Positions 46,173 to 56,735 of a DNA stretch of 64,000 nt are shown piece by piece (within the stretch, counting starts at the first letter, position 1; each line of letters begins with the position of its first letter). The DNA lies in NCBI GenBank assembly GCA_002104945.1, contig MCFH01000003.1:310001-374000 (forward strand). The letters are read 5' to 3'. This DNA comes from Piromyces finnis finn. Taxonomy: Eukaryota; Fungi; Neocallimastigomycota. Position numbers and translations under genes: made by a program. Below the pieces are notes generated by a model that searched no databases, had not been told where the DNA came from, and worked only from the letters and a program-made list of their open reading frames with translations.

Positions 46173-47562
46173 TTATGCAAATTCATCAAATTCCTTAATT
46201 CCACGAAGAGTTCTCCAATAAATGAATCCCATAATAGATCCAAGAACATAGGGTACAGTTAAACCAGCTAATGCAAGATAGACAGTTTTTAATTTACCTT
46301 GGACTAATGGAGATAAATATTCCTTACAACCCTTTGGTGTACTTTCATCAATTTGTTTTGAAACTGTTTGTTGTCCATAATTTTGTTGTCCATAATTTTG
46401 TTGTCCATAATTTTGTTGTCCATAATTTTGTTGATCTACTACTGGTTGTTGGACTACTGGTTGTTGTTGGTTCATTCCAGCATCACCTTGGAAATCTTCT
46501 TGTCCTTCTTGATTCATTCCAGCATTATCTTGTAAATCTGGTCCACCTTGTGGAACGACTTGTCTCTTTTTCAAGTCTCCAGCATTTCCAGTATAACCAG
46601 TATTGTCATCTACAATATTACCTGCTTGATAGTTTGCAACATTACCATTTCCAACATTACCATTATCAACATTGCCAGCTGTGTAATCAGTTGTATCAGT
46701 GGTGTAATCATTTGCACCATTTGCACCATTTCCAGCATTTCCAATATCACCATTAAATCCAGTATTGCCAGTATTACCAGGAGTACCAGGAGTACTAACA
46801 GTACCTGGACTAGTTTCAATAGTAATTTTATCTTTGTGATGTTGGTAATAGGAATCCTTCTTTTTAACATCAGCTGGTTCAGTGATATCGGCTGAAACCA
46901 TTGTATAAGAATCAATAAGTTCCTTTGGACAAAAATTTGAAGTAACTGCAAAATCTTTAATATTTAAATAACCACAACAAGAATTACTATCTTGTATTTG
47001 TACTTTAACTTCATCTTCAATGTCATCCCACCATGCTCTAGCCATATGAATAGTAGAAGAATCAGCAGCATGATAGAAAATGTATGTAATATATGCGTGG
47101 AAAGATAAACACATCAATGAAAGAATTGAGAAAGTAACAATTAATGTTTTCCAGTGGGTAAAAGCACCAAATCCTCCTATTACTGAAGTAAATATAGCAA
47201 ATACGGCAAGCATAAATAAAGCTATTTTTATATAGTATTATAATGGTTATACGATTAATATTATTATGTTGGTATTAAATTATAAAAAAAACTATAATAT
47301 TTTTTAAAATATATAAAAAAATTATTATTTGGTCTTTACCTGTTTTAGCTTCTGAAGGAACATCATAATAACCTTTACCAGACCAACCCTTTTTAAAACC
47401 AATCATTATACCTAAAAAGAAAAGAACAATACCTACTACACCGATTAATCCATCTAAAAAGTAAAATATTTTTCTTTTGCTTGAGTCAACATTGCTATGT
47501 TTTTGACCACGCTTAAAAGTGCGGTTATATGATTCATTATAAAGTAAACTTTGATTCTCCAT
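46173..47562 (-). CDS. Tetraspanin-like four-transmembrane protein (paralog B); join(47562..47340,47221..46173), about 423 aa
   Basis: Exon 1 MENQ..IFYFLDGLIGVVGIVLFFLGIMIGF..AKT G|gtaaag; acceptor aaaatag|CT TTA TTT ATG. TM2 and TM3 follow, then a loop with IQDSNSCCGY..NFC..GCKEYL, TM4, and the C-terminus KEFDEFA* shared with paralog A. Confidence 0.85.
46368..46432 (-). repeat. 15-bp coding tandem repeat (QQNYG)x4 in tetraspanin B
   Basis: Plus-strand unit TTGTTGTCCATAATT repeated about four times. Confidence 0.9.
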
Positions 47563-50500
47563 ATTATATATCTATTTTATTATATTACTGTTTTAATTAT
47601 ATTTCCTTTAAAAAAAATGTAATATTTTAACTAAAAATAATACTTTTTATTCCTTTTATACAGCTTTAAAACTTTTATTTTTACTGTAAATTTAATTCTT
47701 TATTTTTAAAAAATAAAATATTTATTGTATATAATAAATATAAAAGAAAAATAATCTTTTTAATAAAATAAAAAAAAAGTTAATATTTTTTAAATTTATT
47801 TCTATTTTTAAGTAAAATTTAGCAATTTTTATATACATACCTCGATTTATACTGTATATAATGGTTGTAAACAAATCTATAATTACTTCTATTGTGGGTA
47901 TAATTTACTTTTTTTTTTTAAAATAAAAAACGATTTGTTTATATAGTATAAATTTGGTTGTTGTTTTTTTTTTATTATTTATATTTACTGAAAATAAAAT
48001 TTGTTTATCTATTAAGTAACAGTTTTTTTATCTATTTTTTTAAAATAAAAAACTTTTTCTATATGTTATTTTTATTTGCAAAACAGTCTTTTTTACTTTG
48101 CTTATTCAATAATTAATTTTACTTTCTTTTATATATACATATTAAATTTGGAGTTTTTTTTTTTATTATTATTTTAAATATTTTTAAATTTTTTATTTAA
48201 AAATATTAATACTTTTTATTATTATTAATTAATTAAAAAAAATTTCTTAAAAAGTAAAAAAAAAAAAAAAGGGAATAATTTAATATTTATATAAAAAAAA
48301 TTTTTTTTTTGATTGATTAAAAAATGACGAAATTTTTATAGAAAATAAAATTTATTCCCTTTTTATTTTTTCTAAAAAATGGTTATGATAACAGCGGTAA
48401 CAATAAAAAATGAATGGAATCTTTAAAACAATTAACACTTATTTTGAATAGTTTCCTTATTAATGTTATTGCTACTAACATTTTTAATAGCGAAATAAAA
48501 ATAATAAAAACCTTTATCAAATGCGCTTAAAAAAAATTATATCTGAATAAAAAAAAAAAGGATAGTAAATTAATAAATAAATAAATAATATATAATTAAA
48601 TAAATAACTAATTAAGGCCGTTATAATTAAATAAATAAATTAATTAATAACTAAATAAATAGTTATGTCAATCGAATAATTTAATTTATTTACATATTTA
48701 CATACTAGAAAAACAATCATTAAAAATGTAAATACTATTTATCTACCTATCTATCTATTCATTTATTTATTTAGTATATATTTATTTAGATGATTAATTA
48801 TTTATTCATTTATTATAGATTTATTTATTTAGTTACTTATTCATTGACTTTTATACCAAAAGAACAAGACTTAATATATGAGCAACTTAGTTCCAATAAT
48901 ATACATAATAAATTATCAATTTAATAAATTATATTATAAATACCAAGATTAATATATTAAAATTTATTGTACATATAGATAAATACTTTTAATATTAAAC
49001 ATAGAAGTGATAATAATATATTAATCTATATTAAATGATATATAACAAAACTAATAAATTAAACTAAATGGAATAATTAATTTATTTAATATATACAAAA
49101 ATAATAATAATATAATTATTATAAATTAAAAATTGATGAATAAACAAAAAGGATCCATAACAAGTTAAAACTATTAAACTTTAATTATTAATAAATTCAT
49201 TAAATCTACATTTTTTTATTGTTTTTAATTTATCTATAATTTACTATTTTAATATATTTTGCCTGATTTAATATATTATTTTACTTGTTAATTTTTAACA
49301 ATTAACAATTATTATCATATATAAAATAAATTAAAATTCAAACCAACCTATTTATAAATATATTGATACTATATATTACAATATATTGATTACATAATTA
49401 AAATTAATTAAAGACGAGTATTTCCTTTTTTTACTAAAAACTATTAGTGTTATTAGTTTTGTCAACGTTTAAATAAATAGATGATATATTAGCAATACTA
49501 TTTGAATATATATATTTTTATAATTTATGCATTTTCAATTCAAAAAATATATTAAAAGTCATATAATTTTCTTTTTCATTTCTTGAAAATAAAAATAAAT
49601 TTAACCAATAGAGAATGGAAAATACACGTGATACTAACATTATTTGATACACCATGCTTTCAATATTAGCATGGACCGCTATAAATTCCAAATGAGTCAA
49701 GCATTCTTTGGTAACAATAAAACAATACCCATTGTAACACAAGCATAAAAAATAAAAACATTAAAAGAAAAGAAAAAAAGGATAGTAACTTAAGGCAAAA
49801 AAAAAAAGGTAGAAAAAAAGAAAATAAAATCATAATTAAAAAAGTGGGAAAATAAATAAAAAGGAATAGTGTCACTTTAAAAATAGCATCATCCTACACT
49901 ACCAAAAGTTTTTTTTTAACTCATATTGAAATGATAAAAAATAAATTATATTAAAGAGATTTTTTGATAAAAAAAAAAAAGTAACCATGCTTGGTTGGTA
50001 ACATGCAAAAAAAAAAAGGATTTCTTTTATGTTTTACAAATAAAATTTTCCATATTAATTAATATTGACCGTTTTTTTTTTTTTTTTAATGATAAAATTA
50101 CTATAATGCTTTTTTTTTATGTGTATATAAAAAAAAAAGAGTTCATTTTTACTTTTCTTTATAGTGCATTAATTTCATTTACTACCCGCCCACTACCACT
50201 ATCTAATACCATTATCCATAATTAAAATGAAAAAAAACGCTTTTATTTTCAAGATTTTCAAAATTCAAGTTTTGATTTTGAAAGTATAAAAGAAACGGCT
50301 AATTTTGAAAAATATAAAAATTAATAATAAATAAAGTTTTAATTCAATATTAATTATTTGAATATAGTTTCAACCCTATTTTATATTAAATCATAAATAT
50401 AATAAATTAGTTTTTATGTTTTAATGGTGATACAAAATAAATTAAAATGATGTGTCATTATAATTATTTATTTTGATTAAGGGGATACTTTTAAAAAAAT

Positions 50501-52569
50501 AAAGAATTATAAAATGTATACAATAATGTAATGTAGAATGTGGATAAATTATAGAAGGAAACAAAACTTGAAAGAGGATGATTAATAGATTTTACCGAGT
50601 TTTAATTGATAAACACAAGAAATATTGATTAGTGTAATGGCTCTTTTTAAATAACAAATGTAATATTGGTTTATGTTTATTTTAATGTTTAATAAGAAAT
50701 TAAAGTTACAGATAAAGAATATGTTGAAGAAGAGAAAATAAATTGTTGATGATAAATTCTATGATCTTTGGGTACGATCTTTCATTAATATATTTAAACT
50801 CAATATTCTATATTATATCATTAACAAGAAAGATGGAATGTTTAAAAAGGAGATCTATAAAAGTTATAATATAATCAAATTATAATAACTTGATAGTATT
50901 CATTCTATTCATTTCATTCCAACTTTTCATAATAATATATTAATACATTTTTCAAATTAAAGTAAAAAAAAAGAGACTTTAAGCATTTACTTTGTCTTTT
51001 TCTTACTTTTACTATAATTTATTAATTTTTTTCCTTCACCTAAAAAAGTTTACTTTTTTTTTTCTTTTCACCTTAAAAGTTACCAAAAAAAATTTTTTTT
51101 TTCCTTTTTTAATTAAATTTTGATATGATATAAAAATAATATGTGACTTGAACATATTATTATATTAGTAATTTTTCCTAATATTAAATTTATATAGTTT
51201 TATTATAATATTAATTGTTTCTACAATGTACAAGAATGTAATGAAAATGTACGACAAATGTAAAATCATGTAATGTAAAAGAGTATTGTAAATGAATGAT
51301 CCATATAGTTCCAGCCTTATAATTGGACAATTAATTATTAAGTAAGCCTCATTAGTATAAATAGATTAGAATAAATATTATTAAAAAGGGCTTCTTGTTT
51401 TAGTTAGAATTTTAATATTTGACAACGACAGAACGTTTTAGTATTTAGACAGAATAGAAATATTGGAACGTAATAAATAAAATTATTAATAAAATATATA
51501 TTAATTAAAGTTTAATTCTTTCTACATAAAATTAACCCGTATCAGATAAATGGTCAACAAATTTATAAATTAAAAATTTTAATTTAAAATGTCAAAATTT
51601 GTTTTATTTTTAAAAGTTGATTTTTATAAAAAAAAAAAGAGTTAAAAAAGTCATTAAAGATAGGATATTTTATTAATTATCATTATTATTATAAGTAGTG
51701 GGTAGCAGAAGTATTATATTTAGTTTTAATAATGATTATTATTATTCATTTCTTGAATGAAAATATTAAAAATCTTACTAGATTTTATCTAGAATAGAAT
51801 ATTGGCTAAAATTTAAAGAAAAAGGAAAATGATTTTTATCATATACTTGTATTTTTAAAGTATAATAAATAATAATAATAATAAAATCATATATAAAAAA
51901 AAGTAGAATTAAAATGTTTTTTTCTTTTGATAGTTGAAATCAAATAATTAATACTAGATATATAATAATACTTATGTTAGATGTTAGTTTTTTAAAGTAA
52001 TAAATATTTATTATGGGAGAAGAAGAATTTAATGAGAATAGTTTAATTATTTAAAATAATATTTTTTAATAAATGAAATATAAAAAAAAACTTTTTTCTT
52101 TCTTAAATATTATTAATAAAGTATAAAACTATTTGTTTTGATTGTACTCGTTTAAGATTGGATTAATTATAATATTTTTTAATTATGTTATTAGCTAAAA
52201 GATAATTAAAATCTGTATGAATTTATATAAAATATAAAAAAATGTAATTAAAACATTTTAAAAGACAATTACATAAATGTTAAAAGACAATTAATGTTAT
52301 CAATAGTGTTATATATATATAAATAAGAAACTTAATTTAACTTTATTTATATAATGAAAAAAAATATATATAAACACAAAAGAAATCTCTATAAAAAATA
52401 AACAATATATATACAAATCTAAAAAAAATTTTTTATATAACAATTTTCAAGATTTAAAAAATAACAACTATAATAATAAAAATTACGCATTTATTCTTTT
52501 TATTATTTATTTATTTTTTCATTCGGCTCGTATTAATAAAAATGTACTCACTTGACAGTATGATGTTTG

Positions 52570-53183
52570 ATGGGAGAATTGGAAGGTTTAAAGGAAATAG
52601 TTAAAGAAGAAATTGCAAATGTATTACTTTATAATACTGTAAAAAGTTATATTAAGGATCGTATAACTTCGTGGGTAAGAATAAATGAAATTCGTTATAT
52701 ATATATATATATATATAGGAAAATAAAATTATCTTACCTTATCATTATTATCAAATAAATTCTATAAATAATAAAATATAAAAGGATAATGATATAGATC
52801 CAGAAGGTGTCGAGTTAATCCTAGATACAATATTCATGTTTCTTCCAGATGATATAACATTTGAAAGTTTTTTATATAAAGTTTATGATATGAAAGGAAA
52901 AGTTTTACAAGCGATAAAAAATATAAAATACATTGCTTTACAATTTGATAGCACCATTGAATTATGGGAACAAATATTTAATCATCCAAACTATAAAGAA
53001 TGGAAAAATCAATACTTTGCATCAATTATGGAAACACCTACTATTATGGATAATTTATATTCTTTAGCTCATCAAGAAGATGTAGTTGATCAAATTAAAC
53101 AAATTGCTAATCATCCAAACTTTAATATATGGAAAGAAGAAATGATAAATAATCCAAGTAAATTATTAAATTTGTTTTTCTAA
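52570..53183 (+). CDS. Hypothetical protein, 167 aa; join(52570..52674,52785..53183)
   Basis: MGELEGLKEIV..RITSW|gtaaga ... aaaag|GAT AAT GAT joins in phase 0 to the 52836 ORF. Coding-like composition; helical; internal duplicated motif I(F/A)NHPN(Y/F)xxWK. No family recognised. Confidence 0.7.
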
Positions 53184-54121
53184 AATATATGTTAAAAAGG
53201 AAAACAAGAATTTTTTATATAATAATTGTATCGAAAAAAAAAAAGAAAAAAAAATATCATTTTATATAATAAAATATAATTTTTAATAAATTAAATATTA
53301 AAATGTTATATTTCTTTTTTTTTTTTTTTTTGTTGTTGTTGCTTTTTAACTAAATTAAAAAAAAAAAAAAGAATAAAAACGTTATTCATTTTATGTTTGA
53401 TAAAATACTTTTTTTTTTTAAAAAACTGTATTGTTGTTGCCTAATTTATATTAATATTTAATGTTTTTAAAAAAAAATGAATGAAATCCTAATCAGTAGG
53501 CATTACTTAATTTAAAAATTATCAAATTTTATTTAAATATTATTGAAAAAAAAAAAAAAAAAAAAAAAAAAAAGAATATTTATTTTACTTCCATTTGAAA
53601 AATAGTTAAAACATATACTTAATCCATATAAATATTATCTGATACTACAATGAATTGGGAATTGGTATTTATTGAAATTTTAAAAAGGTAAAAATTCTTT
53701 TTTTTTTAATAAAAAAAAAATTAAATTTCTTTTAAAAAAATAATATAAAAAAATGTTAATGATTAATTTTTTTTATTTTATATTTTTATTTTAATACATC
53801 TTCATTTACTATTTTATCAATATGTCTTTAATAATATTTAATATTTATCCTCTATAAATTCAATATAAATAAAGTATACTATCAAATTAAAAAGAAGTAA
53901 GAAATACGAAATACTACTATACAGAAATTAAATTTTATTTATAAAAAAAAAATAAAGGAAATTTTTATATAAAAAGTTATAATTTCCTATATTTATAGAA
54001 TTATAAATTTTAATTAATGTTTATAAATTAATTAGAAAATATATATATATATACATATAAAATAAAGAAAAAAAAAGTGGTTATGATACCTATCAAAATA
54101 TTTAAATAATATTAATCAAAA

Positions 54122-55834
54122 ATGTTGATAAAGTTGATAAATAATTTTACCATAGTATTATTCTTCCTATATTTTAGTTACCCCATCAATGCTTATTATA
54201 TTCAATATCATAATGAAGATGGAAAAAAGAATAAACATCATGATGGACGTATGGAAAAGGATGAAATAAGCATTGCTTTAAAAGGTTATCAAAATAAATA
54301 TATGGATTATTATAATTTTTGGAATGAATCTTCTACAATTATTGAAATGCATGCAATGGATGCTTCCATTAATATTCTTCAATTTGACGAAAATTTTTAT
54401 CAACAACTTAATGAATTTGAAAAAGATATTTATGATCGAGTGTACAAAGTGTCCAATAAACTACAACCTGATGTAAAATTGGTGATTATTTATTCGTATA
54501 AAGTTGCCTCTAATGTCTTTGATTTTGAAAAAATATTTTCGTGTATCATTTTGGATCATCCAAAATTTTGGTGGATTTCTCAATATTCTGTAAGTATGCG
54601 GTATGAAACCACAACAAAAGATAATAAAAAGATCACCACCACGCGTATTAGTATTGATCTTTTAGATGAAGATAGCATTTTTGCTGGTTACAGTAGTGAA
54701 GATTTTCATACCATGAATGTTGCTATCGAAGAAGAAAAAAAAAAATTGGTTTCAAAAATTAAAAAATTAAATTTGAAAACAAAATACGAAATATTGAAAT
54801 ATTTACATGACTATTTAATAAAAAATATTAGTTATACCACGGCTGTAACAAATCCAACAATGTATACTATCTATGGTGCTTTAGTTAAAAAGGAATGTGT
54901 TGGGGAAGGGTATGCAGAAGCAATGAAATATATTGCAGATGAATTTGGAATAAATTTGGTCACAGCAAGAAGTAATTCACATGAATGGAATTTTGCAGAA
55001 ATTAATAATAAATGGTATGTTATAGACGTAGCTCTTGATGATCCCACCCAATTTAAAGTTTATACGGATCAAGAAAGTAATGAAACCGTCATAGAATTAG
55101 TTGATCCTAAACCCGGAGATGATTCTAACCTTTCTTATAATTACTTTTTAATTGGATCAGATACTATCATTAAAAAAAATAAAAAATATTCTGATGATTT
55201 AGATCATCAATTGTTATATTCTGCTTATTCAACCGGTAATCATAAAGTAATATATCCAATAATAGAAAAAGAAGCTTTTATTTACGGTAAAGATAAAGAT
55301 GAATTGGCAGATATTTATATTACAACAACTACCACCACCACTACAACTACCACTACTACTACAACTACTACTACAACTACAACAACTACCAATACTACAA
55401 TAATTCCTTCCAATGTTATAGAAACATTATTTAATGTTGAAGAAGAAATAACAGGATTTTTATCAGAGAAGGAAGTTGATTTATATACCAGCAGTTTTAA
55501 AGAGAAAGAACAAATAACAACAACCACTGTTGATTTTATAGAAGAAAAAGAAACATCAACTATTCCCTCTCTATCAACAAATACTATTGAAAAAAGTATG
55601 GATCCTAATCAACCTTCATTTGAAATAAATACTCTATGGAAAACAGTAGATGAAGAAGAAACTAGTTATTATTATAATACCGATGATGCTCATTGGAATG
55701 AGGTAGAAACCACCTCATTTATTATTAAAAATAATACAATGATTACCAATATTAGTTATCAACAAAATATTAATCTTATTTGTATTTGGACCTTTAACCT
55801 TCTCATCATACTAATTACCCTCTTTCTTTTTTAA
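54122..55834 (+). CDS. Secreted, probably GPI/membrane-anchored transglutaminase-like (Transglut_core) protein with a Thr-rich stalk; catalytic Cys apparently replaced
   Basis: Single 570-aa exon. N-terminal signal peptide; DHPKFWW; LHDYLIKN..Y; YGALVKKECVGEGYA; HEWN..INNKWYVIDVALDDP; YNYFLIGSD; poly-Thr run at 55320-55395; hydrophobic C-terminal tail. Confidence 0.85.
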   Translation: MLIKLINNFTIVLFFLYFSYPINAYYIQYHNEDGKKNKHHDGRMEKDEISIALKGYQNKYMDYYNFWNESSTIIEMHAMDASINILQFDENFYQQLNEFEKDIYDRVYKVSNKLQPDVKLVIIYSYKVASNVFDFEKIFSCIILDHPKFWWISQYSVSMRYETTTKDNKKITTTRISIDLLDEDSIFAGYSSEDFHTMNVAIEEEKKKLVSKIKKLNLKTKYEILKYLHDYLIKNISYTTAVTNPTMYTIYGALVKKECVGEGYAEAMKYIADEFGINLVTARSNSHEWNFAEINNKWYVIDVALDDPTQFKVYTDQESNETVIELVDPKPGDDSNLSYNYFLIGSDTIIKKNKKYSDDLDHQLLYSAYSTGNHKVIYPIIEKEAFIYGKDKDELADIYITTTTTTTTTTTTTTTTTTTTTTTNTTIIPSNVIETLFNVEEEITGFLSEKEVDLYTSSFKEKEQITTTTVDFIEEKETSTIPSLSTNTIEKSMDPNQPSFEINTLWKTVDEEETSYYYNTDDAHWNEVETTSFIIKNNTMITNISYQQNINLICIWTFNLLIILITLFLF

Positions 55835-56404
55835 ATAAAATAGTTTATTTATTTATCAACCTTATATATCTAATCCTAATTTAAAAAAATAATCATCATA
55901 AATTTTATCTATACCTTTTATACCATGATTATATATATATTACTATTATTTTATTATTATTATTATTATTATTAATAATTATCGATTTATTATTTATATT
56001 AAGAAAGAAAAAAAATATTCTTCCTTATGAATTATTTTAAATATGTATATACATTTAAAACAATACTTTAATAGTACCTAATTATTATTAAAATTAAATA
56101 AATATCTTAAATTTTATATACTTGTATTATTTTTTATGTTTGCCTTTTAGTCTTTACAAATATCAAAGATATATTTTTTTTCGGAAAAATAATTCAAAAG
56201 TTAAAATGAAAAAAAGTAATACACCAAATGCAAATGTGAATTTAATGAAGATAAAAAAAGGGGGAGGTGAAATAAGGAATTTAGAATGTCATTGACAACT
56301 TTGAAACCTAACAATAACAAATAAAAATACAAAAAAAAAATAAATAAATAAAAACTTATCGAAATAAAAAAAAATCTTTATAAATATACATATATATTGA
56401 AGCT

Positions 56405-56490
56405 TTTTATTTATTTATTTATTCATTTATTTATTCATTTATTTATTTATTTATTCATTTATTTATTTATTTATTTATTTATTTATTATT
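56405..56490. repeat. (ATTT/ATTC)n tetranucleotide microsatellite
   Basis: Run of attt/attc units between the two transglutaminase-like genes. Confidence 0.7.
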
Positions 56491-56735
56491 TGGTTATTTG
56501 GTTAGTTGTTCATTCATTAAAAAAAAAATAAATAAATTTAAAAAAGTAAATTTTTAAAGTTATAATAAATATATAATATCATATAATTCATAATTTTATA
56601 TTTTAAAAAAAAAAAATTGAAAAAAAGAAGGAATAAATATAATAAAAAAGAGTATAAATTTAATATTTAAATATGTATTTATATTTTTATTTATATTTAT
56701 AATAAAGAAAAAAAAAGGAAAAAAAAGAAAAAAAA

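Noticed and set aside
41260-46951. Plus-strand and alternative-frame ORFs overlapping the tetraspanin repeats (41260..41559, 41339..41587, 46271..46756, 46548..46895 and others)
   Set aside because: They are antisense or frame shadows of the low-complexity coding repeats.
49518-49875. ORFs 49518..49742 and 49666..49875 in a slightly GC-richer patch
   Set aside because: No recognisable motif, no consistent splice partners, and only short frames on both strands. At most a decayed fragment.
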